DNA of 64,000 nucleotides from an uncultured virus (IMG/VR IMGVR_UViG_3300046010_007863) (taxonomy: Duplodnaviria > Heunggongvirae > Uroviricota > Caudoviricetes): the IMG/VR virus record IMGVR_UViG_3300046010_007863; one strand, given 5' to 3'. Position numbers and translations under genes: made by a program. The notes beneath the pieces are model-generated. The model ran no database searches, had not been told where the DNA came from, and saw only the letters and a list, made by a program, of their open reading frames with translations. This document shows, in pieces, positions 8,385 to 18,116 of the stretch. Position 1 is the stretch's first letter; every line of letters begins with the position of its first letter.

Positions 8385-8560
8385 TGACACTACAAGAGAA
8401 GGTTGATTCATTCAATCCAAAGACGTGTATCACGTCAGAATTGGTTGCCATGAAGAATCTTGCTGACTTTGAGTCCAAGACAATCGTGGTGGGTGAGGGT
8501 ATATTCAATGCCCTTCTTCCAAAGGTAAACGAAGAGTTGAAACAACGTGGTATTATCTAA
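8384..8560 (+). CDS. Small hypothetical protein (58 aa, not in ORF track)
   Basis: Own translation MTLQEKVDSFNPKTCITSEL...QRGII; TAATG coupling; fills the gap. Confidence 0.6.
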   Translation: MTLQEKVDSFNPKTCITSELVAMKNLADFESKTIVVGEGIFNALLPKVNEELKQRGII

Positions 8561-8578
8561 CATACAAAGGACAAAACA

Positions 8579-8902
8579 ATGGACAAGGTAATTCGTGATG
8601 GTAAGGTTGCCGTACTCGTATCGGGTGGGTACGGTGCCGGTTGGTCAACATGGTTTTCAGGAAACCGTAAGGAAGTCCTACTCTTCCATCCAAAGATTGT
8701 TGAGATGGTAGAAGGAGGACGTAAGAACGAAATCAAATCAACTTGGATTGAACAAGAACTCGGTCTCAAGGACGTATACACGGGTGGTACAGACGGTCTC
8801 GAAATCGAATGGGTTCCAGTTGGAACAAAGTTCTATATTGACGAGTATGACGGTAATGAAACACTAATCACTTTTGATGACATGACTTGGATAACTGCCT
8901 AA
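8579..8902 (+). CDS. Conserved phage hypothetical protein
   Basis: KVAVLVSGGYGAGWSTW...IDEYDGNE pattern recognised from other phages; AAAGGACAAAACAATG leader. Confidence 0.75.
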   Translation: MDKVIRDGKVAVLVSGGYGAGWSTWFSGNRKEVLLFHPKIVEMVEGGRKNEIKSTWIEQELGLKDVYTGGTDGLEIEWVPVGTKFYIDEYDGNETLITFDDMTWITA

Positions 8903-9129
8903 TGAAAACGCTAAAATCAATCATCGAGTTCGTGGTAAACATGATGGAGACATCGCGCCGTGGTATGCTCCTATTGGGAGTAATCCTTATATCACCTACG
9001 ATATTCAATGCCCTCATATCCCCACTAACTCCACCACATATTCGTTTTTGGGGAATCTTTGGACTCATCGTCATCGGGTCTTACATCGTCGGTAGAACTC
9101 TCAACAACACAAAGGACAAACAATCATGA
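8902..9129 (+). CDS. Small membrane protein
   Basis: Two hydrophobic segments; TAATG coupling. Confidence 0.6.
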   Translation: MKTLKSIIEFVVNMMETSRRGMLLLGVILISPTIFNALISPLTPPHIRFWGIFGLIVIGSYIVGRTLNNTKDKQS

Positions 9130-9374
9130 ATACAAAACCAATCAACGATGGCGGATCAGCCTTCCCGTTCGGGCAGATCAGCGAACTAACAGGGCAGCCG
9201 ATAAACGGATTCTTTGAACCCGGCATGACCCTTCGCGACTGGTTTGCGGGGCAGGCGCTATCCGGTATGATGGCTAACAGCTACTACCACGAATCTGGGA
9301 TTGTACCTATAAAAGATTGCTATCATTTCGCCGACGCCATGATCGCCGAACGGGAGAAGGGAGTGAAGCCATGA
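9126..9374 (+). CDS. Widespread phage hypothetical protein (GGxAFP...GMTLRDWFAGQAL family)
   Basis: INDGGSAFP, GMTLRDWFAGQALSG, ADAMIAER. Confidence 0.8.
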   Translation: MNTKPINDGGSAFPFGQISELTGQPINGFFEPGMTLRDWFAGQALSGMMANSYYHESGIVPIKDCYHFADAMIAEREKGVKP

Positions 9375-9697
9375 GCGAGTGGATAACACACCGACTGCCG
9401 ACGGTATCAGATTTGGTGGGTGTAGAGAGGGAAGTCTGGTATTACTGCACCGATCAGGGCTTCGCTTCTCGATGTCATTGGTCAGACATCGAGAGGCTCG
9501 GCGAACCCTGGCAGCCCATCACCACACCCGCCCCCTACGTCAAGCCGAAGCGGTGGACGGTAGACTTCAGCGAGTATGACAACACGTGGATCATGCGTGA
9601 CAACGTTGAAGGTTGGGTACGTCTATTGTACATTGATAGATGTCATGGCGACGCAGCCCAACGTATTGCAGACATCTACAATGAGGTGAAGCCATGA
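9371..9697 (+). CDS. Hypothetical protein (MSEWI..RLP type)
   Basis: ATGA overlap, GGAG RBS; resembles 11072..11377. Confidence 0.7.
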   Translation: MSEWITHRLPTVSDLVGVEREVWYYCTDQGFASRCHWSDIERLGEPWQPITTPAPYVKPKRWTVDFSEYDNTWIMRDNVEGWVRLLYIDRCHGDAAQRIADIYNEVKP

Positions 9698-9966
9698 GTA
9701 ACAACGATATGAACCTATCCATCACGGAGATGATGGAACTCATCCTAACAGGTGCAAACGGAAGTGAATTGGCAGTAGAGGGTGTTATGAGAACCGCAAT
9801 CGATCACATCAAGAAGTTAGAGGAACAAAATACAATGATGTTAGATGCTCTGAATAAACTGCTTCATGTTGCAAAAATCGCAGTACCAATAAAATTTACC
9901 AATATAGATGAAGTTGTTAGTGATTGCAAACAAGTTATAAATCGTGTAGAAGGAGAACAATCATGA
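9694..9966 (+). CDS. Hypothetical protein
   Basis: ATGA-coupled ORF. Confidence 0.65.
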   Translation: MSNNDMNLSITEMMELILTGANGSELAVEGVMRTAIDHIKKLEEQNTMMLDALNKLLHVAKIAVPIKFTNIDEVVSDCKQVINRVEGEQS

Positions 9967-10148
9967 GTCTTTTTAGCAATCTTATTAGTGCCGCAATCAA
10001 GACGACACTTACACCCGTTGGGCTTATCGCCGACGTTGTTCACGTCGTAAAGGGTGAAGAACCAACATCAACCATCGACATTGTGACATCGGCGACTGAA
10101 GATGTGAAGGATGGGTTTTCAGACGCAGTTGAAGGTGACATCGTATGA
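9963..10148 (+). CDS. Hypothetical protein
   Basis: Start MSLFSN with AGGAG RBS, ATGA coupling. Confidence 0.65.
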   Translation: MSLFSNLISAAIKTTLTPVGLIADVVHVVKGEEPTSTIDIVTSATEDVKDGFSDAVEGDIV

Positions 10149-10408
10149 CCGACGAAGAACGAAATAGGGCACAAGACATATTAGACAATCTCCTACGTGA
10201 TGAGTATATGCGTGGGTTTCAGGATTGTTTAGTAACATCCTTTTCTAAATCCGAAAGTGAATCCCTCAATGAAGAAATGTTCGCCATAATAAAATCTCTC
10301 GTCGTGAATCGTCGTGTCATCGGAGACCCACACTTTGAAGGAGTTCGTGAGAGATTGATTGACATGGCGGAAACAATCGTAAACAAGGTAGAAGGAGAAA
10401 AGAAATGA
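10145..10408 (+). CDS. Hypothetical protein
   Basis: ATGA-coupled ORF. Confidence 0.65.
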   Translation: MTDEERNRAQDILDNLLRDEYMRGFQDCLVTSFSKSESESLNEEMFAIIKSLVVNRRVIGDPHFEGVRERLIDMAETIVNKVEGEKK

Positions 10409-10695
10409 CAACCTACAACTTACTCATCCTTGACAAGATGATTCAACATCACTATGAATCAACTGCGGTCATCTGTCCTTCCCAAGAAGAAGTAGAAGAT
10501 GCACTCGCAGATATTTCGTTAGAGATTCAGCGATTGAAGGAGGAGAACGCCGAACTTCTGATAACTCTAAACGGAATCCAAAACGTCTTCAAGGGAAATC
10601 CCGTAGTGAATGAATTTGACATGATAGGAATGATTCACAAGATACAAGGTCTAACATTAGCAGGATTGAACAAAGTAAAAGGACAGATGATATGA
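10405..10695 (+). CDS. Hypothetical protein
   Basis: ATGA-coupled ORF, AGGAG RBS. Confidence 0.65.
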   Translation: MTTYNLLILDKMIQHHYESTAVICPSQEEVEDALADISLEIQRLKEENAELLITLNGIQNVFKGNPVVNEFDMIGMIHKIQGLTLAGLNKVKGQMI

Positions 10696-10967
10696 GTGGT
10701 GGTAGATTTGAATACTCGCAACATAGGTTGTTTGATATTGTAGAAGGAATCAAGGAAATCATTGAACACAATACCATTCCTGATGAATGGGGTAATGCAA
10801 ACAATTTCTCGGATGAAACGATTGCGGAGTTTCGTAAGGGTATCGAGATACTGAATCGTGCTTATGTGTATGCACAACGTATTGATTGGTTAGTGTCCGG
10901 CGATGACTCTGAACCTTACTTTCACAAAAGATTACAAGAAGATTTGAAGGAGTTAAACCGTGATTGA
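10692..10967 (+). CDS. Conserved phage hypothetical protein
   Basis: MSGGRFEY...RIDWLVSGDDSE pattern. Confidence 0.7.
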   Translation: MSGGRFEYSQHRLFDIVEGIKEIIEHNTIPDEWGNANNFSDETIAEFRKGIEILNRAYVYAQRIDWLVSGDDSEPYFHKRLQEDLKELNRD

Positions 10968-11071
10968 AATAGTTATGTTTTTTTCGGGATGGTGGTACTT
11001 CTCGAAACTGCGCAAACGAATAGATGATTTAGAAACTGAAGTTATGTTTTTGAAGTATGGAAGGAATTGGA

Positions 11072-11377
11072 ATGACTAATTGGATAACGGATAGAGAACC
11101 GACAATAAAGGACGGCGACCCGTTCGGTAACGTCCTTACCGTAGGTTATAACGGTGATGTTATTGTTGAACGGTTTGACCAAGTAAGAAAGGGGATGCCG
11201 TGGTTGCCGACACCTGTACCACCTAAACAACCCTCGACCCGTTGGACGTATGGTTCACAACCAAACTTTCTGACGGATGGAGAATACACAATCGTTGTTT
11301 CAGGTGGTGAAGGTAAACGTGACCGTGACAAGATTGTAAAGGCAGTATTGGAAACACTAAATATGGAGTTACCGTAA
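11072..11377 (+). CDS. Hypothetical protein, paralogue of 9371..9697
   Basis: MTNWITDREPT...PWLPTPVP...RWT. Confidence 0.65.
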   Translation: MTNWITDREPTIKDGDPFGNVLTVGYNGDVIVERFDQVRKGMPWLPTPVPPKQPSTRWTYGSQPNFLTDGEYTIVVSGGEGKRDRDKIVKAVLETLNMELP

Positions 11378-11498
11378 TGGGACTTATAAAGGTAATGATT
11401 ACCGCGATTGTTCTTCTTTCTATCCTCGGAGGAACGATTTGGTTTACTCGATGGGGATTAGAAAAATTTATTAACTTCTTTTTAGGGAAACAAACAAA

Positions 11499-12317
11499 AT
11501 GATTTCAAAGAATGAAATTTTAAACACCATCTTTTTCGATATTGAAACAACAACAAGATATAAGACGTTTGAAGAATATGCAGAATCAGAACCATTCATG
11601 GTTGATGACTTCCGTTACCGTCGAACTCTAAAGTCTGAATATGCAAACAAGACTGACGAACAAACATACGCAGAACATGGAATGGTTTATCCTGAACATG
11701 GACAAGTGATTTCAATTGCTTGGAAGAAGTGGGACGGTACAAAGTTTGCCGGTGAAACACTTGGGTTCAAGGATTGGGAAGACTATGAATCCCGTGATAA
11801 GAAGTATGCTGACCGTGATATGTTGATTCAATTCAACGAAACACTACACAACGTTTTCTCTGATAATTTTGGTAAGTTAGGTGGGTATCGTATTAAGTGG
11901 TTCGATGTTCCATTTGTTTACAAGCGTATGTTAATTAATGGTATTCTTCCACACCCTTCTCTTATTAACGTTGGAAAGAAACCGTGGGAGATTCCTTACC
12001 TTGACTTGTATGACTGGTGGCAAGGTGTGGGTGTAAACGGTATGTCTGGCTTTGGTTCTGCCTGTGAAGTATTAGGAAGTTTGAACCCAAAGGGAGACAA
12101 GATTGACGGCCGTCATGTTTGTTTTCGTTTTTGGGATGACCATGCAATTGACATGATTAACGAGTATTGTATGAGAGATGTTGATGCGAATATTGACTTT
12201 GCGATTAATCTTTCACATGATAAGTTGAAATCAAAGTATAAGAAAACATTAGAAGATTACTCTACTCGAATGGAAGAACAAACAAAGAAGGAAACCGAAA
12301 ATGAAGTGGGAGAATAA
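11499..12317 (+). CDS. DEDD 3'-5' exonuclease related to the PolB proofreading domain
   Basis: ExoI FFDIET, ExoII GYRIKWFDVPF, ExoIII YCMRDV; GKKPWE motif. Confidence 0.85.
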   Translation: MISKNEILNTIFFDIETTTRYKTFEEYAESEPFMVDDFRYRRTLKSEYANKTDEQTYAEHGMVYPEHGQVISIAWKKWDGTKFAGETLGFKDWEDYESRDKKYADRDMLIQFNETLHNVFSDNFGKLGGYRIKWFDVPFVYKRMLINGILPHPSLINVGKKPWEIPYLDLYDWWQGVGVNGMSGFGSACEVLGSLNPKGDKIDGRHVCFRFWDDHAIDMINEYCMRDVDANIDFAINLSHDKLKSKYKKTLEDYSTRMEEQTKKETENEVGE

Positions 12318-12516
12318 TGACATGGTGATGAAGCAACATAACGAAGTAAAGGGATTACCTCACGACGACACGGAATTGTTCCGACCCGACCCTCACGCAC
12401 CTGAACCCGTGAAGGTAAACGAAGAAACTAATTCATCCCCTCGTCTTCGTGAAATGAATGATTTTTGTTGATATTAGGTCTTTTATTTCGTATATTGAAA
12501 ATAAAAGGAAAATGGC

Positions 12517-12999
12517 ATGACAGTCCAACAATGGATGGAAAAAAATTTCAAACACGATAAACCTGCCATATCATTTTGGCGCAATGGTCAGTATCGTGAA
12601 GACAAGATAACATACTGGCAAGTGTACCACCGTTGGTTAGATTCCAGTAAGGATGTAGACAAACTTTGGTTGGACTACGAACAAGGTTGTCAATGGGATT
12701 TATTTTGCCGTTTACCAAAAGAGTTTCTAACAAGAGACTTCTGTGTTTCTCTCTGTGAAGAAATCATAGACCACTTTGAACTTTACAAGGAACGAACAGA
12801 ATACTGGTGGGTTGAGAAGGACGGTATGTTAAAATACCATTATGATGGTCATTGGCATACTATCGTTGGTATATTATTGTATAGAACTTCCCTAAAAAGA
12901 AATGGAATACGATACGCAGACAATCCGGAATTTTGGAAACTTATATGGAACAGAATACCCCACATTTCAATAGTAATAGAGGATTGGTCAAATGATTGA
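12517..12999 (+). CDS. Trp-rich hypothetical protein
   Basis: 160-aa ORF with AAGGA RBS. Confidence 0.65.
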   Translation: MTVQQWMEKNFKHDKPAISFWRNGQYREDKITYWQVYHRWLDSSKDVDKLWLDYEQGCQWDLFCRLPKEFLTRDFCVSLCEEIIDHFELYKERTEYWWVEKDGMLKYHYDGHWHTIVGILLYRTSLKRNGIRYADNPEFWKLIWNRIPHISIVIEDWSND

Positions 13000-13446
13000 T
13001 ATATTTAGTTCACTCACACTTATTGTTTTTGCACTTCTCGTTTACTTTCAAAGAAAGACGATATTCTCATTAGAAGAGGAAGTTTTCTTTTTAGAACGAA
13101 AATACAGAGAACATACAGGTAAACAACCACCACGTATAGAAAGAAAGAAATGATTACACGATACAATACCAACGGTGAAGTCTCTGAATATGGAGATTTC
13201 GTGAAGAAGGAAGATATGGAAGAACTTGTAGACTTTTTATATGAAGTAATGACATCACGGGCAGATATTGCAATCGACTTACTTATGGATAAAGGGGTTG
13301 ACTTCTTGGAGAAGTGGCAATGAGTTTATCAACAGATACGGTAAAAGTCTAACACTAACAATTATTGACCTATCTATTCTTGAACAGGCAATACTAACAA
13401 AGTAATTTCATATTTATAGAAAAGATTTCTATAATTGGAGAACAAA

Positions 13447-13683
13447 ATGACACAAGAAGAAGTAAATGGTGTAATCTCACAGAGTTATTCTGATAAGATT
13501 CAAATGTCTACTCTAAACCCGTCTACCGTAGATTATCTACTTTACAAGTCTATCGAAGGTGGTCTAAAACAATTCAAAGGATATTCCGCAAAGATAGATT
13601 CGTCGTTTTCACTGACAGAATCAGAGTTTCGTACTATTACAGATAACCTACTTACCGAAAATTCGGGTTGGTTTAACTCCTAA
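13447..13683 (+). CDS. Hypothetical protein (possibly late)
   Basis: GGAG RBS; TATTTATA at 13411-13418. Confidence 0.6.
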   Translation: MTQEEVNGVISQSYSDKIQMSTLNPSTVDYLLYKSIEGGLKQFKGYSAKIDSSFSLTESEFRTITDNLLTENSGWFNS

Positions 13684-13841
13684 ATCCCTTATTTTATTGG
13701 ACTTACGGTGGACAAGGGCTAACCCCTTGAAATATAAGGACTTACGATAAATCGTCGTAAGTCCTTTATTTTCATAGACTTAAAAAGTTATCCACATCCT
13801 CATTTTTTATTTGGATATATCATATAATAGCCGTAGTTTTG
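13681..13841 (+). promoter_or_regulatory. Three palindromes + DnaA box + promoter
   Basis: Palindromes at 13681-13705, 13720-13744 and 13758-13782; AAAAG; TTATCCACA 13788-13796; TTTGGA 13810...TAGTTTTG 13834-13841. Confidence 0.75.
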
Positions 13842-13877
13842 TGTATGTCAAAGAACACACAATTACAAGGTTCACCT

Positions 13878-14159
13878 ATGAAAACGACGAAGTTCTCGTC
13901 TTTTTACCTCCACACGACCCAAAAACAGGTCGGTGACAAGAAACGTGATACAGTTACAACGTATCATATCATCCTCCGTCCAACATCCGTTATGAACGAC
14001 GAACAACGTCGTTTCCTGTGTGAATACAATAACAAGACAAAGGTCGCAACATTCCGCAACGAAAAACATCAAATCGTTGAAGTACCGAAGATGGGTAACA
14101 AGGTTATCATTGACTTTGTGTATGCAATGGCTCAAAAAGTTTTCCAATCTTCTCTGTAA
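13878..14159 (+). CDS. Hypothetical protein
   Basis: First ATG with RBS after the promoter. Confidence 0.65.
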   Translation: MKTTKFSSFYLHTTQKQVGDKKRDTVTTYHIILRPTSVMNDEQRRFLCEYNNKTKVATFRNEKHQIVEVPKMGNKVIIDFVYAMAQKVFQSSL

Positions 14160-14188
14160 TTTTCACAACAACAAACAAGGACAAAACA

Positions 14189-14479
14189 ATGAACACAATC
14201 CCTAACCTTCCCTTCTCGATTGAAGAACTTGACAACTGTACCTACTATCTTGGTACGAACGCGAACGGTACTTGTATCTTCTTCGATGCGGTCACGGGTT
14301 CCGTGTATCGTTGGAACAAGACAACAGGTTACTTCCGTCGTAACTCACACTACACAATGGACGGACGCAATACTCTTGTGACGAAGAAGAAGATTCACGA
14401 TTTGGACTTTGATACCTTCGACCACTATCTTCAAACGTACCGCAAGAGTGTTCGTAATTACCCTTCACACACACGATAA
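14189..14479 (+). CDS. Hypothetical protein
   Basis: AAGGACAAAACAATG leader. Confidence 0.7.
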   Translation: MNTIPNLPFSIEELDNCTYYLGTNANGTCIFFDAVTGSVYRWNKTTGYFRRNSHYTMDGRNTLVTKKKIHDLDFDTFDHYLQTYRKSVRNYPSHTR

Positions 14480-14501
14480 ACTTCTTCAAAAGGACAAAAC
14501 A

Positions 14502-14801
14502 ATGAACGAATTTCATTTTGCGATTGACACCAAACAAACAATTTGGGAACGTACAAACTTTTACATCAAGGCAGATTCACTTGAAGAAGCAAAACAAAAA
14601 CTATCAAAGATGATTGAGACCGAAGGTATAGGTGGTGTTCGTGAAATGATTTGGGACGAAGACCTATATGCGGAAAGTGAATTTATGTACGATACCGCAG
14701 AGTTTATCACACCACAAGAAAACGGTGGTATGGCAACAGAAGAATTGATGTGTTTGGAAGATGACAACACTCTCGCAACAAATGTTCAGGAAACAAAGTA
14801 A
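14502..14801 (+). CDS. Acidic hypothetical protein
   Basis: AAGGACAAAACAATG leader at 14502. Confidence 0.7.
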   Translation: MNEFHFAIDTKQTIWERTNFYIKADSLEEAKQKLSKMIETEGIGGVREMIWDEDLYAESEFMYDTAEFITPQENGGMATEELMCLEDDNTLATNVQETK

Positions 14802-15154
14802 TGAAAACGAAAACAACAAAGACACGTAAAACCAAAAAGACTTCCAAGAAGTCTAACATCATTGAATCTGTAATCAAACGAGGACAAATTTACTGTATCA
14901 ATTTGAAGAAGAACAAGACACCATATTGGGGTGGTGAAACGTGTGATACACACATCGACCACGACGGTAACATTGTTCGGTTCGTTTGTTCAACGTGTGT
15001 ATCAAAACTTGTTCCCGCACCAAAACCAAAGAACACACCGAAGGTTGACCCCGTAACAGGTGAAAAGAGAAAACGTGGTCGTCCAAAGGGAAGTACAACA
15101 AAGACAACAAAGACGGTATCAAAAACAAAAGTTTCACGAAAGGGTAAGAAGTAA
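14801..15154 (+). CDS. Basic Cys4 zinc-finger-like protein with AT-hook-like KRGRPKG
   Basis: C...C...CSTC, Lys-rich termini; similar to 27443..27850. Confidence 0.7.
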   Translation: MKTKTTKTRKTKKTSKKSNIIESVIKRGQIYCINLKKNKTPYWGGETCDTHIDHDGNIVRFVCSTCVSKLVPAPKPKNTPKVDPVTGEKRKRGRPKGSTTKTTKTVSKTKVSRKGKK

Positions 15155-15357
15155 TGGAATTAGTCATGGATGACTACACCGCAGTCGCAATCGCAGAAGG
15201 TTTTGAAGAACCTCAATCAGAAGAACAGTTGATTGCCGCATGGCAATATCTTGTTGACACAGGTCTCTGTTGGAGACTACAAGGTTGGTTCGGTCGTACC
15301 GCTCACGGTCTTATTCAAAACGGAATTATCAATCCACCATCACGGGAACAAAACTAA
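15154..15357 (+). CDS. Conserved phage hypothetical protein
   Basis: WQYLVDTGLCWRLQGWFGRTA pattern. Confidence 0.75.
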   Translation: MELVMDDYTAVAIAEGFEEPQSEEQLIAAWQYLVDTGLCWRLQGWFGRTAHGLIQNGIINPPSREQN

Positions 15358-15845
15358 TGGGACACGATATTTCAGCCTACATCAAAACAAAGTCTACACC
15401 GAAAGACAGTTTTGACAATGAGATTGCTTACTTCCGAATCGGTGCGTTCAACACATCACGTCAACGTTTGTTCTACGGAATCCTACCAAACGCAATGGAT
15501 GCAAACGCAGGTGTATCGGGTGATGGTTCTACATTGGACTTTACCGAGGATGACATCAAACGAGCAATCTCTGCCTGTAAATACTTCATGGATGACGACT
15601 CTGCTCTTCGTGAACATCTTCTTGAACAAAAGATGGAAGCCGAAGAATCTATCAAGGCATTTGCGGACGTTTTCCAACAGATCGCACCAAACATCAAAAA
15701 GTTGACAACGAAAGAAGATATTTCCATCGAAGATGCCCGTGAAAATCTCGCATCCATTTGGAAGTTTCACGAGGATATTCTTTCTGCGTACAATGACGTA
15801 AAGGCTACTGACGACTCTGCTCACATTCAAATTTATTTCGGGTAA
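15357..15845 (+). CDS. Hypothetical protein
   Basis: Start MGHDISAY by TAATG coupling. Confidence 0.7.
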   Translation: MGHDISAYIKTKSTPKDSFDNEIAYFRIGAFNTSRQRLFYGILPNAMDANAGVSGDGSTLDFTEDDIKRAISACKYFMDDDSALREHLLEQKMEAEESIKAFADVFQQIAPNIKKLTTKEDISIEDARENLASIWKFHEDILSAYNDVKATDDSAHIQIYFG

Positions 15846-15871
15846 TTTACCACAAACAAAAGGACAAGACA

Positions 15872-16093
15872 ATGGTTATCGGAATTGAGTTCAATCGCGT
15901 AAAGACACCAAGTGGAAAGACATTCTACCGTGTTGCACCTTACTTGAACAACGTAAGTAAGATGAAGGTCGGTGTTGCCGCATTTCTCATTTTCACAATC
16001 GGTTTCTTCACGGCAATGAGTGCCTTCTCGAAGGACACATCAAATGATAATTCACATATTCGCCCATACTCTTCGTACATGGGTACACGATAA
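15872..16093 (+). CDS. Small membrane protein
   Basis: One hydrophobic helix; AAGGACAAGACAATG leader. Confidence 0.6.
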   Translation: MVIGIEFNRVKTPSGKTFYRVAPYLNNVSKMKVGVAAFLIFTIGFFTAMSAFSKDTSNDNSHIRPYSSYMGTR

Positions 16094-16106
16094 TAAGGAA
16101 ACAACA

Positions 16107-16562
16107 ATGAAGAATACACTATTTGCTCTCGCACTTTTTTCTCTTACACTTGTTGGTTGTAGTGAAAATTACTCCAACGGAGAACGTATCGGATTCGTTA
16201 CCAAGTTTTCCAATCGCGGTTTGATTTGGAAGTCTTGGGAAGGTGAATTGAACCTGACACAAACAGGTATGAACACATCGAGTACGTTTCAGTTTTCAAT
16301 TGATAACGACCGTCAAGATGAAAAGGTTGTAAAGGTTCTTGATTCAGCCGCAACTCTTGGATGGAAAGTAAAGATTCGTTATCATGAGACTACTGGTAAG
16401 AATTGGTTTCGTAATCGTGGAGAAACTGACCACTTTGTTGAAACCGTAGAAGTTCTCGACCGTACACCACTTTCTGTGTTCAATACACCACAAAAGGACG
16501 GAACACACGTTGCCGGTAAGGTAGACACAATTTATCTCGTTATTTGGCGTGACAAAAAATAA
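16107..16562 (+). CDS. Predicted lipoprotein
   Basis: Signal peptide MKNTLFALALFSLTLVG-C lipobox; YSNGERIG...KFS..G.IWKSWEGEL. Confidence 0.75.
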   Translation: MKNTLFALALFSLTLVGCSENYSNGERIGFVTKFSNRGLIWKSWEGELNLTQTGMNTSSTFQFSIDNDRQDEKVVKVLDSAATLGWKVKIRYHETTGKNWFRNRGETDHFVETVEVLDRTPLSVFNTPQKDGTHVAGKVDTIYLVIWRDKK

Positions 16563-16564
16563 CG

Positions 16565-16596
16565 TTTGGAATTGTCAGATTTTTTTCGTACATTTG
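16565..16596 (+). promoter_or_regulatory. Promoter TTTGGA...CG-TACATTTG
   Basis: TAnnTTTG with conserved spacing. Confidence 0.7.
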
Positions 16597-16630
16597 TATT
16601 ACATCAATTAACAACCTTATGGGTAACACA

Positions 16631-16903
16631 ATGAAGAAAGTCCGAAAAGTAGAACCATTCAATTGGTCACGGACACCATCACAGGAAGGTGTAGAAAGAG
16701 TTTTTCTCGCCGACCCAAATGCTTACACGACGTTCGGTAAGTCAATCACAAAGGATGATCTTTGTAATTCTCTCGCAGTCCATAACCGAATCATAGGTCT
16801 CGAAAACAAGAAGCAGATGTTACGAGATACATTGTTCTTCGTCCTCGCAATGATACCAGTTTTCTTTTTTATTTACAACATTTTTATTGGAGTAAACCGA
16901 TGA
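16631..16903 (+). CDS. Hypothetical protein with C-terminal TM helix
   Basis: ORF after promoter; hydrophobic C-terminus. Confidence 0.6.
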   Translation: MKKVRKVEPFNWSRTPSQEGVERVFLADPNAYTTFGKSITKDDLCNSLAVHNRIIGLENKKQMLRDTLFFVLAMIPVFFFIYNIFIGVNR

Positions 16904-17265
16904 GTCAATCATCATCACATATCACGTCTATTGTAGTAACACCAAAGACGTTGAAGGAACAAATCATCATTCGTATGAATACCCTCATCAATAAGGCAGG
17001 TGGTGAGTATTATACATACGATGAAGAAAATACACCGAAGCCGATTGTAATAATCGAAGACGTTGAAGTGTATGGATTGGAGACGAAGGGTAAGGACGTA
17101 TTTCTGATGGCAGTTATGAGTTCTGATGATTGGAACAACGACGGTGAATTTACACCATACAACGCAAACGAGTTTTTCCTTGAACAACTTTGGGAAGTAT
17201 ATGTTGCGATGACACCACTTTACGAATCGAGGTTCAATGATTATGCCAACTTCCAACAAGACTAA
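16900..17265 (+). CDS. Hypothetical protein
   Basis: GGAG RBS, ATGA overlap. Confidence 0.65.
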   Translation: MSQSSSHITSIVVTPKTLKEQIIIRMNTLINKAGGEYYTYDEENTPKPIVIIEDVEVYGLETKGKDVFLMAVMSSDDWNNDGEFTPYNANEFFLEQLWEVYVAMTPLYESRFNDYANFQQD

Positions 17266-17494
17266 TCAGTTTACTATCGGTAAAAAGACGTTCGCTCGGT
17301 ACGCCGACGACTACAACGATTTACAGATAAACTTCATACCGATTTATCTTGTGGAAGACGGAGAAGATTTGTATATTGGAACGAAGAATGATATGGTCGG
17401 TACATCAAAAGGATATTTCCCACTTCATTCTCTTATTGGAAAAAATCAAATAAACGCTAAGTATTTATCAAATATCTATAAAAAGAAGGATTAG
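17237..17494 (+). CDS. Hypothetical protein
   Basis: ORF fills the gap in the operon. Confidence 0.5.
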   Translation: MIMPTSNKTNQFTIGKKTFARYADDYNDLQINFIPIYLVEDGEDLYIGTKNDMVGTSKGYFPLHSLIGKNQINAKYLSNIYKKKD

Positions 17495-17496
17495 TT

Positions 17497-17703
17497 ATGG
17501 CTTTCTATTTCGCAAAAGTTCAATTTGAAATCACCGCCGATAATGGTAAGGTGAAGAAGCAATCTCGGTCATATATGGTTGATGCCGTATCTGTAACAGA
17601 TGCAGAAGTTCAAGTGAACAAGTATCTATCTACGTGTGTTGACCCATTTGAGGTCAAGACTATTTCAGAATCAAAGATTGTGGACTATATCAATGAACAA
17701 TAA
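17497..17703 (+). CDS. DUF4494-like protein
   Basis: FAKVQFE...NGKVKK...YMVDAVSVTDAE...FEVKTISESKI resembles the Bacteroidota DUF4494 family. Confidence 0.7.
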   Translation: MAFYFAKVQFEITADNGKVKKQSRSYMVDAVSVTDAEVQVNKYLSTCVDPFEVKTISESKIVDYINEQ

Positions 17704-18109
17704 TTTCAAACAACTACTCGAACGATTTTCCGAACAATGGAAAGACGTTACTCAGTCTTCAAATCTTGAAGAAGTGGAATCAACATTTTCTGCAGTTGAA
17801 GAAACTCGTGACGATATTCTAAATTGGATTTTTGAAAATACAGAAGAAGGTGACGAACAAGGTTCATACTTCAATACCTTTGGTGAAGTGGAATCGAATC
17901 TTGCCGAAACTGTGGGTGACATTCCTGTCTTCGATGATAAATTTGACATCTATGAATCATTCGATGAATATGAAACATACTATCAACGATACGGTTGCAT
18001 GGTGCCAGAGTTTGTTATCTCATGGGATGAAAAACAAATTTTATGGTCTGATGAATTGAACATCGACTATATCCAACGTCCTGACGTTCTAATGAGTGGA
18101 AACGACTGA
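17693..18109 (+). CDS. Acidic hypothetical protein
   Basis: Start MNNNFKQ overlapping the upstream stop. Confidence 0.65.
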   Translation: MNNNFKQLLERFSEQWKDVTQSSNLEEVESTFSAVEETRDDILNWIFENTEEGDEQGSYFNTFGEVESNLAETVGDIPVFDDKFDIYESFDEYETYYQRYGCMVPEFVISWDEKQILWSDELNIDYIQRPDVLMSGND

Positions 18110-18116
18110 TTTCTCG

